Assembly (NCBI GenBank): GCA_027483445.1
Contig: JAIXUS010000038.1
Location: forward strand, 83,931-147,930
DNA from: Bacteroidota bacterium
Lineage (GTDB): Bacteria > Bacteroidota > Bacteroidia > M30B66
Length of the DNA stretch: 64,000 nt
Direction of reading: 5' to 3'
Part shown: positions 8,497 through 19,187 of the stretch, in pieces
How the letters are laid out: every line of letters starts with the position of its first letter
How positions within the stretch are numbered: the first letter of the stretch is position 1
Position numbers and translations under genes: made by a program
Notes under the pieces: model-generated
The model's input: only the letters and a program-made list of their open reading frames with translations
Database searches by the model: none
What the model was told of the DNA's origin: nothing

Positions 8497-11080
8497 TTAC
8501 AAAAAGGGCTCCGGGCCCATCGGTTTTACGGTGTGAAATGCGTCCAGAATTCATTTCTACCAGCTGTTTAACGATTACCAATCCAAGTCCGGTTCCTTGA
8601 ATATTCACTGTGTTTGAGGCCCTATAAAAGGAGGTGAATAAATGTGGAATTTCATTGGGAGGAATTCCAATTCCAAAATCGCGCACCGAAAGTATAACAC
8701 CGTCGGTCTGGTAGTTCACGGTCACCTGCGGATCATCGGCACCATCGGAATACTTAAGGGCATTCGATACTAAATTGGTAAAAATGTGTCGAACCTGAGT
8801 GCGGTCTAACTCATGCAAATTGGGCTCACCTTCGACAGTTAAATGGATTTTTCTTTTAAAATTTGGATTAAAACGAAGTTCCTCGATCAAGCTTGCAATC
8901 ACTTCACAAAGGAACACAGGTTCGGGCATGAAAACCATTCTTCCGGAGTCTAAACGCCCCATGAGAAGGATGTTTTCCATGATTTCAGACATCAGATCTA
9001 TTTCGGAAACGATCCGTGTGTGATGCTTACCAAAGGAACTACTAAACACAGAGGATGGCGGGTCGGATAATGCAGAAAACTGCAATCCAAGAATATCCAT
9101 GCTCGACTTAATTGTTGCCAGAGGTGTTCTAAATTCGTGAGAAACGAGATTTATAAAGTGAGATTTGAACTGATTAAGCTGGCGTTCTTTATTTAGGGCC
9201 TTAACGGTGTTTTCTTCAGCAAGCTTTAAGGCAGTAACATCACTTTCTACAACAATAAAGTTAACTACTTTTCCTTGTTGATCGTGGATTGGTGTGATAT
9301 CAAGATAGAGCCAAATGGCATCTCCTTTCACCGTATAATTGAGAATTTCACCCCGATAGGATGTTCCGTTTAAAATGGAGTGTTGTATCTCTTCTATGGT
9401 AATAGAATCTGTGCCTGAACCGCATAATAAATTTGGATACTTCCCAATAACAAAATCACTTGAATATCCGGTAATTCGATTAAAGCTTTCATTCACCCAT
9501 TGAATTTCACCTCGCTCATTAGTGATGATTACTATCGAATTTGTTTTCTCGGCCACGATGGCTAAACGGGCAAACTCTTCCGACTTCTTTTTTTCTTCGG
9601 TTACGTCGTGTGTGATGCAAATTAAGCCATTATCGGGAAGAACAGTAAGCGAAATTTCCTGAAAAATAAATGAACCATCCTTTTTCAGTCCTTTGGTGGT
9701 ACCTCTGTAAAACCCATTTTTAATAAACTCAGGAAATATTTCGTTTTCAATCCTAAGGATTTCGTCGGGTGGATATAGCACCTTCCATGATTTTCCAAGC
9801 AATTCATCAACAGAATTATACCCAAATATTTCGATATGTGCCTTATTCAAATAGGTGTATTGGTCTAAACCATTCATGATTCCAACACCTTCAATGGAAT
9901 TCTCGATGGCCAGTTTTTGCTGCTCGATGGTTGAGTTGGCTTTGATACTTGCATCTATATCCTGAATTATGCCAGCCAACAATGGGTCTAGTGTGGTTGA
10001 GTTCTCGCAGAAAAATTTAATTCGCACCCATGAATGAGAGCCATCTGACTTTTGAATTCGGAAATCGAGCGTTTCTTCCAGCGTGGTTTGATTCAAAAAA
10101 CGGTGAACTAAAGCCGATAATTTAGATTGGTCATCGGGTGTTGCAATAGAAATAAGTCCTTTCTGTAAAAATTGCTCTGCCTTGTACCCAGTAATTCGCT
10201 CAAAGGCATTACTTAAAAACAAGATACCGGAGTCGGAGTCAATCTGAAAAACGATTTCATCGAGCCGATGGGCGATTTCGAGGAAACGCAATCGCTGATT
10301 TTTCATTTCGGTAACGTCAATACCGTATCCGATTACGAACTCAAGCTTATTGTTATTTCGGTGTGGATAGAATTTACGATACTTCCACTGCACTTGACCA
10401 TGTTCATTTACAGTAGAAAACTCCTCCAGAAACGGGTCTGAGATTCCATTAACTGTGTTGATAAAGCTTTGACGTCGTTGTTCAGCAATGGATAGCGGAA
10501 GGCCTCTACGCTGGCAAAATTCAAAATCGTTCTTTCCGATAATCCAAGCCCTCGTATCGGGGTTTTTGATGGCTTGTTTGTTTATATAGATATACCGGTG
10601 TTCGGGATCAAAAACCGCGATATCAGCTGGAATATTATCTAAAATGGCTTCATAAAATTGAAGATGACGTCGCGTTTCATCCAATTCCAAAACCAAATTT
10701 GCCAGCACAATTTTCACCACACACAATTCACTCTCAATATGCAAGTTGGCTTCGATTTTAAAGCGCTCGTTGAGTGGGAAGCTGAATTTCCCTTTGCGCT
10801 CATTCATTGTAAAACAATCAGAATACGCCTCAAACCACTTGGAAATTGCGTGATGCGTAGCAGATTTGCCAAGTATTTCGCCAATGATCGGTTGATACTG
10901 ACACTGCTTATAAAGCTCCTGACTAAAACCGGCTGTCATGCGAATAATCTCCCCCCTTCGCAATAAAGCGATGTTTGGGTGTTCATTGCACATTAAATCC
11001 CAAAATACCGCTTCAACGGTTGTAGAATCGGCAAGCGAAGAGATTTGGGTTTGCGCACTCATGACTAGATTTTGGGACAA
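8438..11080 (-). CDS. Multi-PAS/PAC sensor histidine kinase (cytoplasmic, 880 aa)
   Basis: It has several PAS-like segments, an H-box SHEFRTPLATI, and N/G-boxes (LVSNALKYS, DFGIGIPP, GTGLGLVIV). It forms an operon with the LuxR-type regulator. Confidence 0.85.
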   Translation of the reverse strand: MSQNLVMSAQTQISSLADSTTVEAVFWDLMCNEHPNIALLRRGEIIRMTAGFSQELYKQCQYQPIIGEILGKSATHHAISKWFEAYSDCFTMNERKGKFSFPLNERFKIEANLHIESELCVVKIVLANLVLELDETRRHLQFYEAILDNIPADIAVFDPEHRYIYINKQAIKNPDTRAWIIGKNDFEFCQRRGLPLSIAEQRRQSFINTVNGISDPFLEEFSTVNEHGQVQWKYRKFYPHRNNNKLEFVIGYGIDVTEMKNQRLRFLEIAHRLDEIVFQIDSDSGILFLSNAFERITGYKAEQFLQKGLISIATPDDQSKLSALVHRFLNQTTLEETLDFRIQKSDGSHSWVRIKFFCENSTTLDPLLAGIIQDIDASIKANSTIEQQKLAIENSIEGVGIMNGLDQYTYLNKAHIEIFGYNSVDELLGKSWKVLYPPDEILRIENEIFPEFIKNGFYRGTTKGLKKDGSFIFQEISLTVLPDNGLICITHDVTEEKKKSEEFARLAIVAEKTNSIVIITNERGEIQWVNESFNRITGYSSDFVIGKYPNLLCGSGTDSITIEEIQHSILNGTSYRGEILNYTVKGDAIWLYLDITPIHDQQGKVVNFIVVESDVTALKLAEENTVKALNKERQLNQFKSHFINLVSHEFRTPLATIKSSMDILGLQFSALSDPPSSVFSSSFGKHHTRIVSEIDLMSEIMENILLMGRLDSGRMVFMPEPVFLCEVIASLIEELRFNPNFKRKIHLTVEGEPNLHELDRTQVRHIFTNLVSNALKYSDGADDPQVTVNYQTDGVILSVRDFGIGIPPNEIPHLFTSFYRASNTVNIQGTGLGLVIVKQLVEMNSGRISHRKTDGPGALFVIEFPNLFPLYETPEENSHH

Positions 11081-11292
11081 ACAAAATTAGGTGATAACCC
11101 TTGCTTAAAAATAGGTATGCCTACTCATTTTTAGTGGGAAGTCTTTACAAAAAGCAAATCAGTATAGCTTTCCTATGTAAAAGAGCACATTCAAGAAAAA
11201 TCGACTTAGCTCCTCCTCAGAATCACTAGAATTAGGTATTGCGCCCTAAAACAGAGTTCAATTCCTTTGAGCTTCTAAATGCATGAAGCAAG

Positions 11293-13245
11293 ATGATTTT
11301 ACCTAAAAATCTAAAGCGCCAATTTCAATTGGGTTTTAAAGATGCGCTTCGAATGATGTTGTGTCTTTTTAATAAAAAAACTGAGCGGCTACCCATGCAT
11401 GATTTCATTCAAATTTATAAACACCAATTTCACATGAAAAAAACGCTTACACTAAGCATGCTGATTTTCTCATTTTTCTCGATGTATGCTCAAAGATTCA
11501 ATTGGTCAAACAATTCAGGATATCCCGGAATTAACAATTCCTACTTTGGTGCTATTGAAATTTGTACCGACGATGCGGGAAACGTTTACACTTTTGATTT
11601 TGCCAATAGTGATCAAATGTGCGAAAACCAAACAATACCAATTAGCTCGAATGGCTACAATTTGTTCTTGTATAAATTTAGTCCTAGTGGAAGTTTAGTT
11701 TGGGGAAAAGCCTTCGGCCCTGGATTGGGTGGATCTATAGTAACACCTATGAATTTGAAAATTGGACCCGACAATAAAATCTATGCGCTTGCACATATCA
11801 ATGGACCCAATATTGTAGCCGAAGACACCACCTTTAACATCACCGGACCGAACAATGTAATTGTCTGTATAGATACCGAAGGCGAGATTGAATGGACATA
11901 CGCTGCCCAATACAGCTGCCCTAATTGCAGCATGCTAGAAATTGCGAATGGAAAAATTTATTTTCAAGGAGGAGACACGAGAATTAAATCCATCGATTTA
12001 AACCAGCAGCCGGCTTCGGAATTAAATTACTTTTTCGCCGCTGGAACAGCTACGATGGGGATTATTTTCCAAGGGTCTGGGCATTTCAGCAATGGCGAAT
12101 TACTTTTTGCCGGTATACAGAGAGGTAATTCTAGTTTTATCGAAGGTGATACACTTTTTCAAGTTGACAATCCATTTCTCTACTGCAACATTACTTATTT
12201 GAGGACCAATGTCGATTTGGAACCAATTTGGGCAGATACTTATGGATATTTACGTGACCCGGAAACGCAATTTATTCCTGTTGCTGTAGATGGAAACGAT
12301 CAAATATATACAGGTTGGCAGATTCTTAACGATATAAGCATTACAGGCACAAGCATCGACGGAGATTTTAATGCCTATGCAGGAGCCATACTTTCTATGG
12401 ATAGTGCTGGAAATCCTTTATGGTTAAGAGAGCTGGTTAGCCCGGGTCCCTTAAAACTCAGCGATTTATACGCTGATTCAGAAAGTGGCAAAATCTGGAT
12501 AACAGGCACGAGCTCAACACCAACTACCGCGGGTGATAGCACTATGAATCCAAATGTAAATGGAAGCCCAATTATTGTCTCATTCAACGCATCCGGCGAG
12601 TTTATACAACAAATAGCTGCTACACTTCCGCCGGGTTCACAAGGACAATGTATTGAAAAAGGTGCAGGCAATCAATTCATTCTTGGTGGAAAGCTTCCTA
12701 ACGCCTCTAATTACACATTGAATTGTGTTGATTACACCGGTGCCAAAGGCCTCTTCCTCGCAGGATTCCTCGACATACCGGTAAATCCCCCCACTCCGGA
12801 AATTCTTACTAACGGAGAACAACTCTCTGCCAGTCCCGAATTCAGCGGAAATATTCAATGGTTCTTGAATGGTAATCCCATCGAAGGAGCAAACACACTC
12901 AACTACACTGCCTCCGCTGAAGGCAACTATATGGTAGAGTTCTCCTATGACTTTGGATGCACCTCGGCAGCCTCTTCCGAAATCGTTTTTGTGTCTACAG
13001 CAATCCATCATTCTGAAAATCCTCACACTGTTTTATATCCAAATCCGGCTAGCAATTGGATTAAGTTGCCTCTTCTACCGAGTAAATCTGCCGAAGTGAA
13101 AATATATACTTTGAATGGTCAACTGGTTAGGAAACTTCAATCACAAAATGGATTTATTCAAATTGAAGACCTAAATGCGGGTTTTTATATCCTTGAATGG
13201 CCATCAGAAAAAGGCTACATCCATAGAAAATTTGCCAAGCAATAA
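11293..13245 (+). CDS. Secreted protein with T9SS type-A C-terminal sorting domain (likely start 11434, MKKTLTLSMLIFSF…)
   Basis: An internal Met gives a clean signal peptide. The C-terminus is LYPNPASNWIKL…IYTLNGQLV…AGFYILEW. Confidence 0.8.
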   Translation: MILPKNLKRQFQLGFKDALRMMLCLFNKKTERLPMHDFIQIYKHQFHMKKTLTLSMLIFSFFSMYAQRFNWSNNSGYPGINNSYFGAIEICTDDAGNVYTFDFANSDQMCENQTIPISSNGYNLFLYKFSPSGSLVWGKAFGPGLGGSIVTPMNLKIGPDNKIYALAHINGPNIVAEDTTFNITGPNNVIVCIDTEGEIEWTYAAQYSCPNCSMLEIANGKIYFQGGDTRIKSIDLNQQPASELNYFFAAGTATMGIIFQGSGHFSNGELLFAGIQRGNSSFIEGDTLFQVDNPFLYCNITYLRTNVDLEPIWADTYGYLRDPETQFIPVAVDGNDQIYTGWQILNDISITGTSIDGDFNAYAGAILSMDSAGNPLWLRELVSPGPLKLSDLYADSESGKIWITGTSSTPTTAGDSTMNPNVNGSPIIVSFNASGEFIQQIAATLPPGSQGQCIEKGAGNQFILGGKLPNASNYTLNCVDYTGAKGLFLAGFLDIPVNPPTPEILTNGEQLSASPEFSGNIQWFLNGNPIEGANTLNYTASAEGNYMVEFSYDFGCTSAASSEIVFVSTAIHHSENPHTVLYPNPASNWIKLPLLPSKSAEVKIYTLNGQLVRKLQSQNGFIQIEDLNAGFYILEWPSEKGYIHRKFAKQ

Positions 13246-13315
13246 ATCTTCAATAAACTTGGTTAGCAGTGTAAATCACTGTATTTACACCTGAGGGTGA
13301 ATCTTCAAATAGGAC

Positions 13316-14671
13316 TTGGTTATAGGGCAAAAAACAGTTGTTATTCATTACTTTAATACATTGTGTCTGTCCTTAATCAAACCAATGCACATTGATGAAC
13401 TTCCTGATTCTGATAACTTACTTGTTCAAAAAGGCAACCAACTGCATATTGTAATACTGGTTATAGTTTCGGGATTTGCGATTGCCTACTCCCTGCTCCA
13501 CTATGTAAACGGTGATATGCACCAGGCGCTGGCCAGTGCGCTACTGCTTCCGACCTCGCTGATTGCATACGTCCTTTACCATTGGGTAAATCCAACGTTC
13601 TCAAAAGTCTTCAACCTCCTTGCCGTATCGACAGTCATCAGTGAGATGGCCTTTCATGCAGGGCAAAACACTTTTGTATTGGTGTTTTTTGCACCAGTTT
13701 TAGTGAGCACACTCATTGTTTTTCAAGGAAGGCAAACCAGGCTGGGTTATTTGTTAGTTGGATTAACGTTGATTTATCTATCAGGTTTGTTAATTCTAGG
13801 CAAGGATATTCGCTCGGTGAGAACTTACACTGAAACAGAACTTGAATTGGAACAAAGCATCAACTTATTGGGTGCTATTGTAGTAATCGTTACAGAAGTT
13901 ATTTATATATTATTTATTGGAAATAAATTTCAAGCTGAATTAATTAAAATTCAAAAAGAGCTGTGGGGGAAAAACCTGGAAGTTCGAACCACTATGGAAA
14001 CCCGTGATAAAATTATTTCTGTGATGTCGCATGATATTCGCTCACCGCTGCATTTAAGTCAATCTGGATTAAACTATCTGAAAGAAGAAGAAACGACAGA
14101 GGATAATAAGCAAATTCTTCAAGAATTAGCGATCCAAATTGGTGGCACACTTAAATTGGTTGATAATCTATTATTGTGATCGAGAAGTCAAACTCATAAC
14201 CTTCAGGTGAATAAAATGCCTCTTTCTTCTGACTCAATAGAACAATTAATCGATGGTATTCTTGTATTACAGGGCAATAATAAAGTGAGATTTGAAAAAT
14301 TTATTGAGCATGCCTGGATTGTTGAAGCTGATAAAAACATGCTTGAAGCCATATTTAGAAACCTGATATCAAACGCCATCAAGTTTAGTGCAGAGCAGGG
14401 ATTGGTGCAGATTTATATTGAAGCAGAAAATGAAATGCTAAGATTTTGTGTACGCGATAATGGAGTAGGAATGTCCCCTGAAATTGTAGAAAAAATTAGA
14501 CAAGGCATGGGCTACACCACACTTGGTACTCACAGGGAAAAAGGCTATGGAATTGGATTACTTTTGGTGTGTGAATTTATCAAACTTCACAACAGTAAAC
14601 TTGAAATTGATTCTACACCAGGAAAAGGAACACAATTTTTCTTTAGACTCCCAATCTGCAGTGTGGCGTAG
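13316..14671 (+). pseudogene. Sensor histidine kinase interrupted by one in-frame TGA (14177-14179); the track ORFs 13316..14179 and 14207..14671 are the same frame
   Basis: The N-terminal part has 6 TM helices plus an H-box MSHDIRSPLHL and an X-box …LKLVDNLLL*. Translation continues in frame as SRSQTHNLQV…, then the N-box NLISNAIKFS, DNGVGMSPE and GYGIGLLLV. The stop replaces the hydrophobic residue of the LLxLSR motif. Confidence 0.65.
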
Positions 14672-14692
14672 TCTAACGAATGAATATTATCC

Positions 14693-16744
14693 CTAACGTA
14701 TCTCAGATCCCGGGTTTACCGGCTCATTGGGTTGTACAAAGCGTAATTTACCTTCAGCATCTTCAGCCATCAATATCATACCTTGCGATTCAATTCCCCT
14801 GATTTTTCTGGGCTCAAGATTCAGCAAGATGCTCACCTGCTGACCAATTATTGCTTCGGGGGTAAAATGCTCTGCAATTCCTGAGACTACCGTTCGCTTA
14901 TCTACTCCGGTATCCACTAGTAACTTTAATAGCTTATCGGCTTTAGGTACACGTTCAGCGTCTAAAATAGTTCCTACACGAATATCCATTTTCATGAATT
15001 CATCGTACGTTATTGAGTCCTTCACCGGCTTATGTTGAGTTGTGGATTTGTGTTCATGCTTTGAGGCCTGAAGTTTTGCAATTTGCAAATCGACTTCCGT
15101 ATCCTCAATTTTACGAAAAAGAATTTCGGGGGCATTTAATGGATGTCCCTCAGTTAAGTGTGCTACCAATAAATCGTCCCATTTAAATTGTAAAGGAAGA
15201 TTGAGCATCCGCCTGATTTTAGCTGACGTATCTGGCAAAAACACCGATAAAGCGATCGACAAACGAGAAACAATATCGATACTATAGGCAATCACATCCG
15301 CAATTTTTTCGCGATCTGATTCTAAATTTAATTTCCAGGGTTGTGCGTCAGCCAAAAATTTATTTCCTGCACGGGCTAAATTCAATGCATCGAAAAGCGA
15401 TTGACGAAATTGCCAGGCGTTCATTTGCTCCGGCAATTTCGAGAAAATCTGACTGGCAACTTCTTCAACTTCAACAGCTGGAGCGAATGAGGATGCAGGC
15501 ACCTTTCCGTTAAAATACTTGTGGGTAAGCACCATAACCCGATTCACAAAATTTCCGAGAATATCAGCCAATTCGTTATTCACGCGGGCTTGAAAATCCT
15601 TCCAACTAAAATCACTGTCTTTTGTTTCAGGTGCAATGGAGGTTAACACATACCTCAATTCATCGCGGCGCCCGGGAAAATCCTGTAAATACTCATGCAA
15701 CCAAACGGCCCAATTCCTTGATGTAGAAATCTTGTCGCCTTCCAGATTTAGAAATTCATTGGCCGGAACATGATCAGGAAGAATAAAATCTCCATGGGCT
15801 TTGAGAATCGCCGGAAAAATAATGCAATGAAATACAATATTGTCTTTTCCAATAAAGTGAATTAAACTGCTTTCTTCATCTTTCCACCACTTTTCCCAAT
15901 CACCCCCTGTTTTTTCAGCCCATTCACGGGTAGCTGAAATATATCCAATTGGCGCGTCAAACCAAACGTACAACACTTTACCAACTTCTCCTTGCAAAGG
16001 AACTTTTACACCCCAATCTAAATCTCTTGTGATTGCCCGTGGCTGCAAACCTTGATCAAGCCAAGATTTACACTGTCCGTAAACATTGGGCTTCCAATCA
16101 TCTTTATGTGTAAGCAACCAGTCGTTAATCCATGATTGCTGATAGCGGTCGAGTGCTAAAAACCAGTGCTTGGTTTGTTTCTTTACAGGTGCCAAGCCAC
16201 TAAGCCGCGACCGGGGTTGAATTAAATCAGATGGGCTGAGCGATTTTCCGCACTTTTCGCATTGGTCGCCATAGGCATTTTCGTTGCCACAATTCGGACA
16301 AGTACCAACAATGTAGCGGTCGGCGAGAAATGTTTGCTCCTGCTCATCGTAGTATTGCTCAGTAACTTGTTCAATAAATTCGCCTTTCTGGTATAAATTC
16401 AGAAAAAACTCCTGCGCTGTCTCGTGATGAATAGGCGCTGAAGTCCTCGAATAAATGTCGAAAGAAATCCCTAACTCCTCAAAAGCGTCACCCATCATTT
16501 TGTGGTATTTGTCTACAACATCTTGCGGACTTATACCCAAATCGCGCGCCTTCAGGGTGATTGGAACACCGTGCTCATCGGAACCACAAATAAAAAGGAC
16601 TTCTTTTCCCAGTAAACGTAGGAAACGTACGTAAGTGTCGGCAGGAATATAACAGCCGGCCAGATGACCAATATGCACCGGACCATTGGCGTAAGGTAGC
16701 GCCGCGGTGACGGTGTAGCGTTTGGGATGTTTGGGTTGATTCAT
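14693..16744 (-). CDS. metG: Methionine--tRNA ligase with C-terminal EMAP/tRNA-binding domain
   Basis: It has the HIGH motif (PVHIGHLAG), Zn-knuckle cysteines CPNCG…CEKCG, a KMSKS-like motif (KISTSRN) and a C-terminal VDIRVGTI…VSGI domain. Confidence 0.95.
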   Translation of the reverse strand: MNQPKHPKRYTVTAALPYANGPVHIGHLAGCYIPADTYVRFLRLLGKEVLFICGSDEHGVPITLKARDLGISPQDVVDKYHKMMGDAFEELGISFDIYSRTSAPIHHETAQEFFLNLYQKGEFIEQVTEQYYDEQEQTFLADRYIVGTCPNCGNENAYGDQCEKCGKSLSPSDLIQPRSRLSGLAPVKKQTKHWFLALDRYQQSWINDWLLTHKDDWKPNVYGQCKSWLDQGLQPRAITRDLDWGVKVPLQGEVGKVLYVWFDAPIGYISATREWAEKTGGDWEKWWKDEESSLIHFIGKDNIVFHCIIFPAILKAHGDFILPDHVPANEFLNLEGDKISTSRNWAVWLHEYLQDFPGRRDELRYVLTSIAPETKDSDFSWKDFQARVNNELADILGNFVNRVMVLTHKYFNGKVPASSFAPAVEVEEVASQIFSKLPEQMNAWQFRQSLFDALNLARAGNKFLADAQPWKLNLESDREKIADVIAYSIDIVSRLSIALSVFLPDTSAKIRRMLNLPLQFKWDDLLVAHLTEGHPLNAPEILFRKIEDTEVDLQIAKLQASKHEHKSTTQHKPVKDSITYDEFMKMDIRVGTILDAERVPKADKLLKLLVDTGVDKRTVVSGIAEHFTPEAIIGQQVSILLNLEPRKIRGIESQGMILMAEDAEGKLRFVQPNEPVNPGSEIR

Positions 16745-16750
16745 CCGAAT

Positions 16751-18157
16751 TTAAATGTGCAATGCGCGGTTATCGGTAGCAGCCAGGGCAGCTTCGCGGA
16801 ACGACTCTGTGAATGTTGGGTGGGCGTGAGAAATTCGGGAAATATCTTCGGCAGAGGCTCTAAATTCCATAGCTACAACAGCTTCTGCAATCATGTCGGC
16901 AGCACGCGGACCAATCATGTGAACTCCGAGGATTTCGTCAGTTGTTGCGTCAGCGAGCACTTTAATTAAGCCATCGGTATCCATACTGGCACGGGCACGA
17001 CCTGAGGCTTTAAACGGAAACGACCCTGATTTATAAGCCCGCTTTTTCTCCTTGAGTTGCTCTTCAGTGTAGCCTACAGAAGCCACTTCAGGCCATGTAT
17101 ACACCACATTGGGAATAAGCAAATGATTGATATGCGGGTGTTGGCCTGCAATACGCTCAGCCACATAAACGCCTTCTTCCTCAGCCTTATGGGCCAACAT
17201 AGCTCCACGAACCACATCACCAATGGCATAAATTCCCGGAACCGAGGTTTCGCAATGCTCATTTACCGGAATTCTTCCCCGCTCATCGGCTGAAAGCCCA
17301 GCCTTCTCAAGGTTTAATCCATCAGTGTAAGGCCTGCGTCCGGTCGAAACCAACACATAGTCGCCTTTGAGCTCAAGTGTTTTACCGTCTTTTAACGACT
17401 CCGCTTTAACAGAAACGGTCTTGCCTTTTGCTGAAGCCTCGGTAACCTTGTGTTGTAGATAAAATTCGAACCCAAGTTTAGCCAACGACTTTTGCAATTC
17501 TTTCGATAAAGTCCGGTCGAATGCTCCAACAATTCCATCGGTAAATTCTACCACAGAAATTTTAGTTCCTATGCGTGCATAAACAGAGCCCATTTCCATG
17601 CCGATAACTCCGCCGCCAATGATAATCATGTGTGTTGGCACCGATTGTAAATTGAGGGCTTCGGTAGAAGTAATAATGCGTTTTTTATCGATTGTTACTC
17701 CTGGAACTGATGAGGGCTTTGAACCGGTTGCGATAATTATTTTTGAAGTGCTTAATTGCTCCGTTTTACCATCGGCGGATGTAACCAGCACAGTATTGCG
17801 ATTTTCGAAAGAACCATGCCCGCGAAAAACGGTAATTTTATTTTTCTTCATCAAAAAGTCAATGCCTGCAGTGGTCTGCTTTACCACATCGTCTTTACGC
17901 TTGACCATTTGTGGCAGATTCACTTTCAAATTACTGAGCTCAATTCCATGCTCAGAAAAAGTATGCGTGGCATTGTGAAAATGCTCTGAAGAGTCGAGCA
18001 TAGCCTTCGAGGGAATGCAACCCACATTGAGGCAAGTTCCTCCTAAAGTGCTGTACTTTTCAACCAGCGCGGTTTTCATGCCCAGTTGAGCACATCGGAT
18101 TGCAGACACGTATCCACCTGGCCCTGAACCAATTATGACTACATCAAAAGCTTGCAT
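16751..18157 (-). CDS. lpdA: Dihydrolipoyl dehydrogenase (E3); the track ORF extends to 18388 but the conserved start is the ATG at 18157
   Basis: MQAFDVVIIGSGPGGY is the FAD-binding GxGxxG motif and GTCLNVGCIPSK is the redox disulfide. The protein also has an NAD-binding region and a C-terminal dimerisation domain HAHPT. Confidence 0.9.
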   Translation of the reverse strand: MQAFDVVIIGSGPGGYVSAIRCAQLGMKTALVEKYSTLGGTCLNVGCIPSKAMLDSSEHFHNATHTFSEHGIELSNLKVNLPQMVKRKDDVVKQTTAGIDFLMKKNKITVFRGHGSFENRNTVLVTSADGKTEQLSTSKIIIATGSKPSSVPGVTIDKKRIITSTEALNLQSVPTHMIIIGGGVIGMEMGSVYARIGTKISVVEFTDGIVGAFDRTLSKELQKSLAKLGFEFYLQHKVTEASAKGKTVSVKAESLKDGKTLELKGDYVLVSTGRRPYTDGLNLEKAGLSADERGRIPVNEHCETSVPGIYAIGDVVRGAMLAHKAEEEGVYVAERIAGQHPHINHLLIPNVVYTWPEVASVGYTEEQLKEKKRAYKSGSFPFKASGRARASMDTDGLIKVLADATTDEILGVHMIGPRAADMIAEAVVAMEFRASAEDISRISHAHPTFTESFREAALAATDNRALHI

Positions 18158-18290
18158 AGAATTTTCGTTTAAGCGGTGCAATTTAGTAGTTTGACAGTTG
18201 ATTCGTGATGAAAATATGGCTAAACTGAACAAGAAAGTTGAAGTGCACGTTTTCAATAGAATACAGTATATTTGACACAAATCATTTACC

Positions 18291-18875
18291 ATGATGACGC
18301 ATAGATTCATTAAAATAGCCCTAATATTTACGTTAACTACATGTTTGAGTGCTTGCGGCGATACGGAAAATGAACCGGAGTTCGGCACTTGTCTTGATCC
18401 AATTCTGGTAGAGTTTCCGATGATTATGCCGGTAGATACCTCAGGCGAAGAACCAACTGATTTGGGGTATCCGGGAAGAGTTTACATACCGTCGGCCTTT
18501 ACACCCAATGGCGATTTTGTAAATGATTATTTCAATGTGTCATGCAATACGGTTACCAACCAAATTATTTATCAATTCCACTTGTATAAAAATAATGAGT
18601 TGTATTTATCCAAAACAGGCTCTGAAAATGACGCTGAGGGCTTATTTTCATGGGACGGACGTAACCCGAACGGGCAGATTATTCCTGGAATTTATCGGCT
18701 CAGAGTAGTATTGATTAATAACGGACAAACATTAATACAACAAGACCACTATTTTCATTTAATTCTCCCATTACCCAATGGTGCCTTGCCCAATGCGTTC
18801 TCCTGTTTGTGGTATCCTGCAAACTACGATTCAAGAAAAGGATTAATTTATCCGGATTCAGAAAATTACCAATAA
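18291..18875 (+). CDS. Small lipoprotein consisting essentially of a T9SS type-B (gliding-motility-associated) C-terminal domain
   Basis: It has a lipobox (LSAC) and the motif YIPSAFTPNGDFVNDYF…SWDGRN…G…PGIY, which is typical of CHU_C/type-B C-terminal domains. There is no passenger domain. Confidence 0.7.
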   Translation: MMTHRFIKIALIFTLTTCLSACGDTENEPEFGTCLDPILVEFPMIMPVDTSGEEPTDLGYPGRVYIPSAFTPNGDFVNDYFNVSCNTVTNQIIYQFHLYKNNELYLSKTGSENDAEGLFSWDGRNPNGQIIPGIYRLRVVLINNGQTLIQQDHYFHLILPLPNGALPNAFSCLWYPANYDSRKGLIYPDSENYQ

Positions 18876-18899
18876 AAGGAACCTTTTTTCTGGATTTAT

Positions 18900-19044
18900 G
18901 GCGCCTGCCTCGATGAGCATTTTCGAAACAATTTCACTATGCGTCCGGGCACCGCGTGTTTCGCTCATACTCCTCGTCACGGTAGAGCCACCATGCTTGG
19001 CGGCTCTACTGTGCCTGCGGGGTATCCGCTGCACCCGCTGGCGC
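18900..19044 (+). repeat. Intergenic mosaic element, module A copy 1
   Basis: It shares GGCGCCTGCCTCG, CCGGGCACCGCGTGTTwCGCTCATACTCCTC and GCGGGGTATCCGCTkCACCCGCTGGCGC with 50431..50622. The central hairpins differ: GGTAGAGCC/GGCTCTACT here versus AAAACAGAG/CTCTGTTTT there. Confidence 0.55.
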
Positions 19045-19187
19045 TTAATTTTAGGGTAAACCCTCACTAAATACTATTAGAATTCATACCTATACCTGCA
19101 AACCTGATCACATAAATAAAATATACAAAGCAGGAGTTAGCTGGTGAAATAAGTCACAAGGAGGAAATTTAATGGTGAAGATTACCT

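Noticed and set aside
14177-14179. TGA in the histidine kinase as selenocysteine or reassigned codon
   Set aside because: The position corresponds to a structural hydrophobic residue of the X-box, not a redox site. TGA terminates many other genes in the window. No SECIS-like hairpin is obvious immediately downstream.
16751-18388. N-terminal 77-aa extension of lpdA (track ORF start 18388)
   Set aside because: The extension is hydrophobic, low-complexity and not conserved. The FAD-binding fold begins at the internal Met (18157), which is the typical lpdA start.
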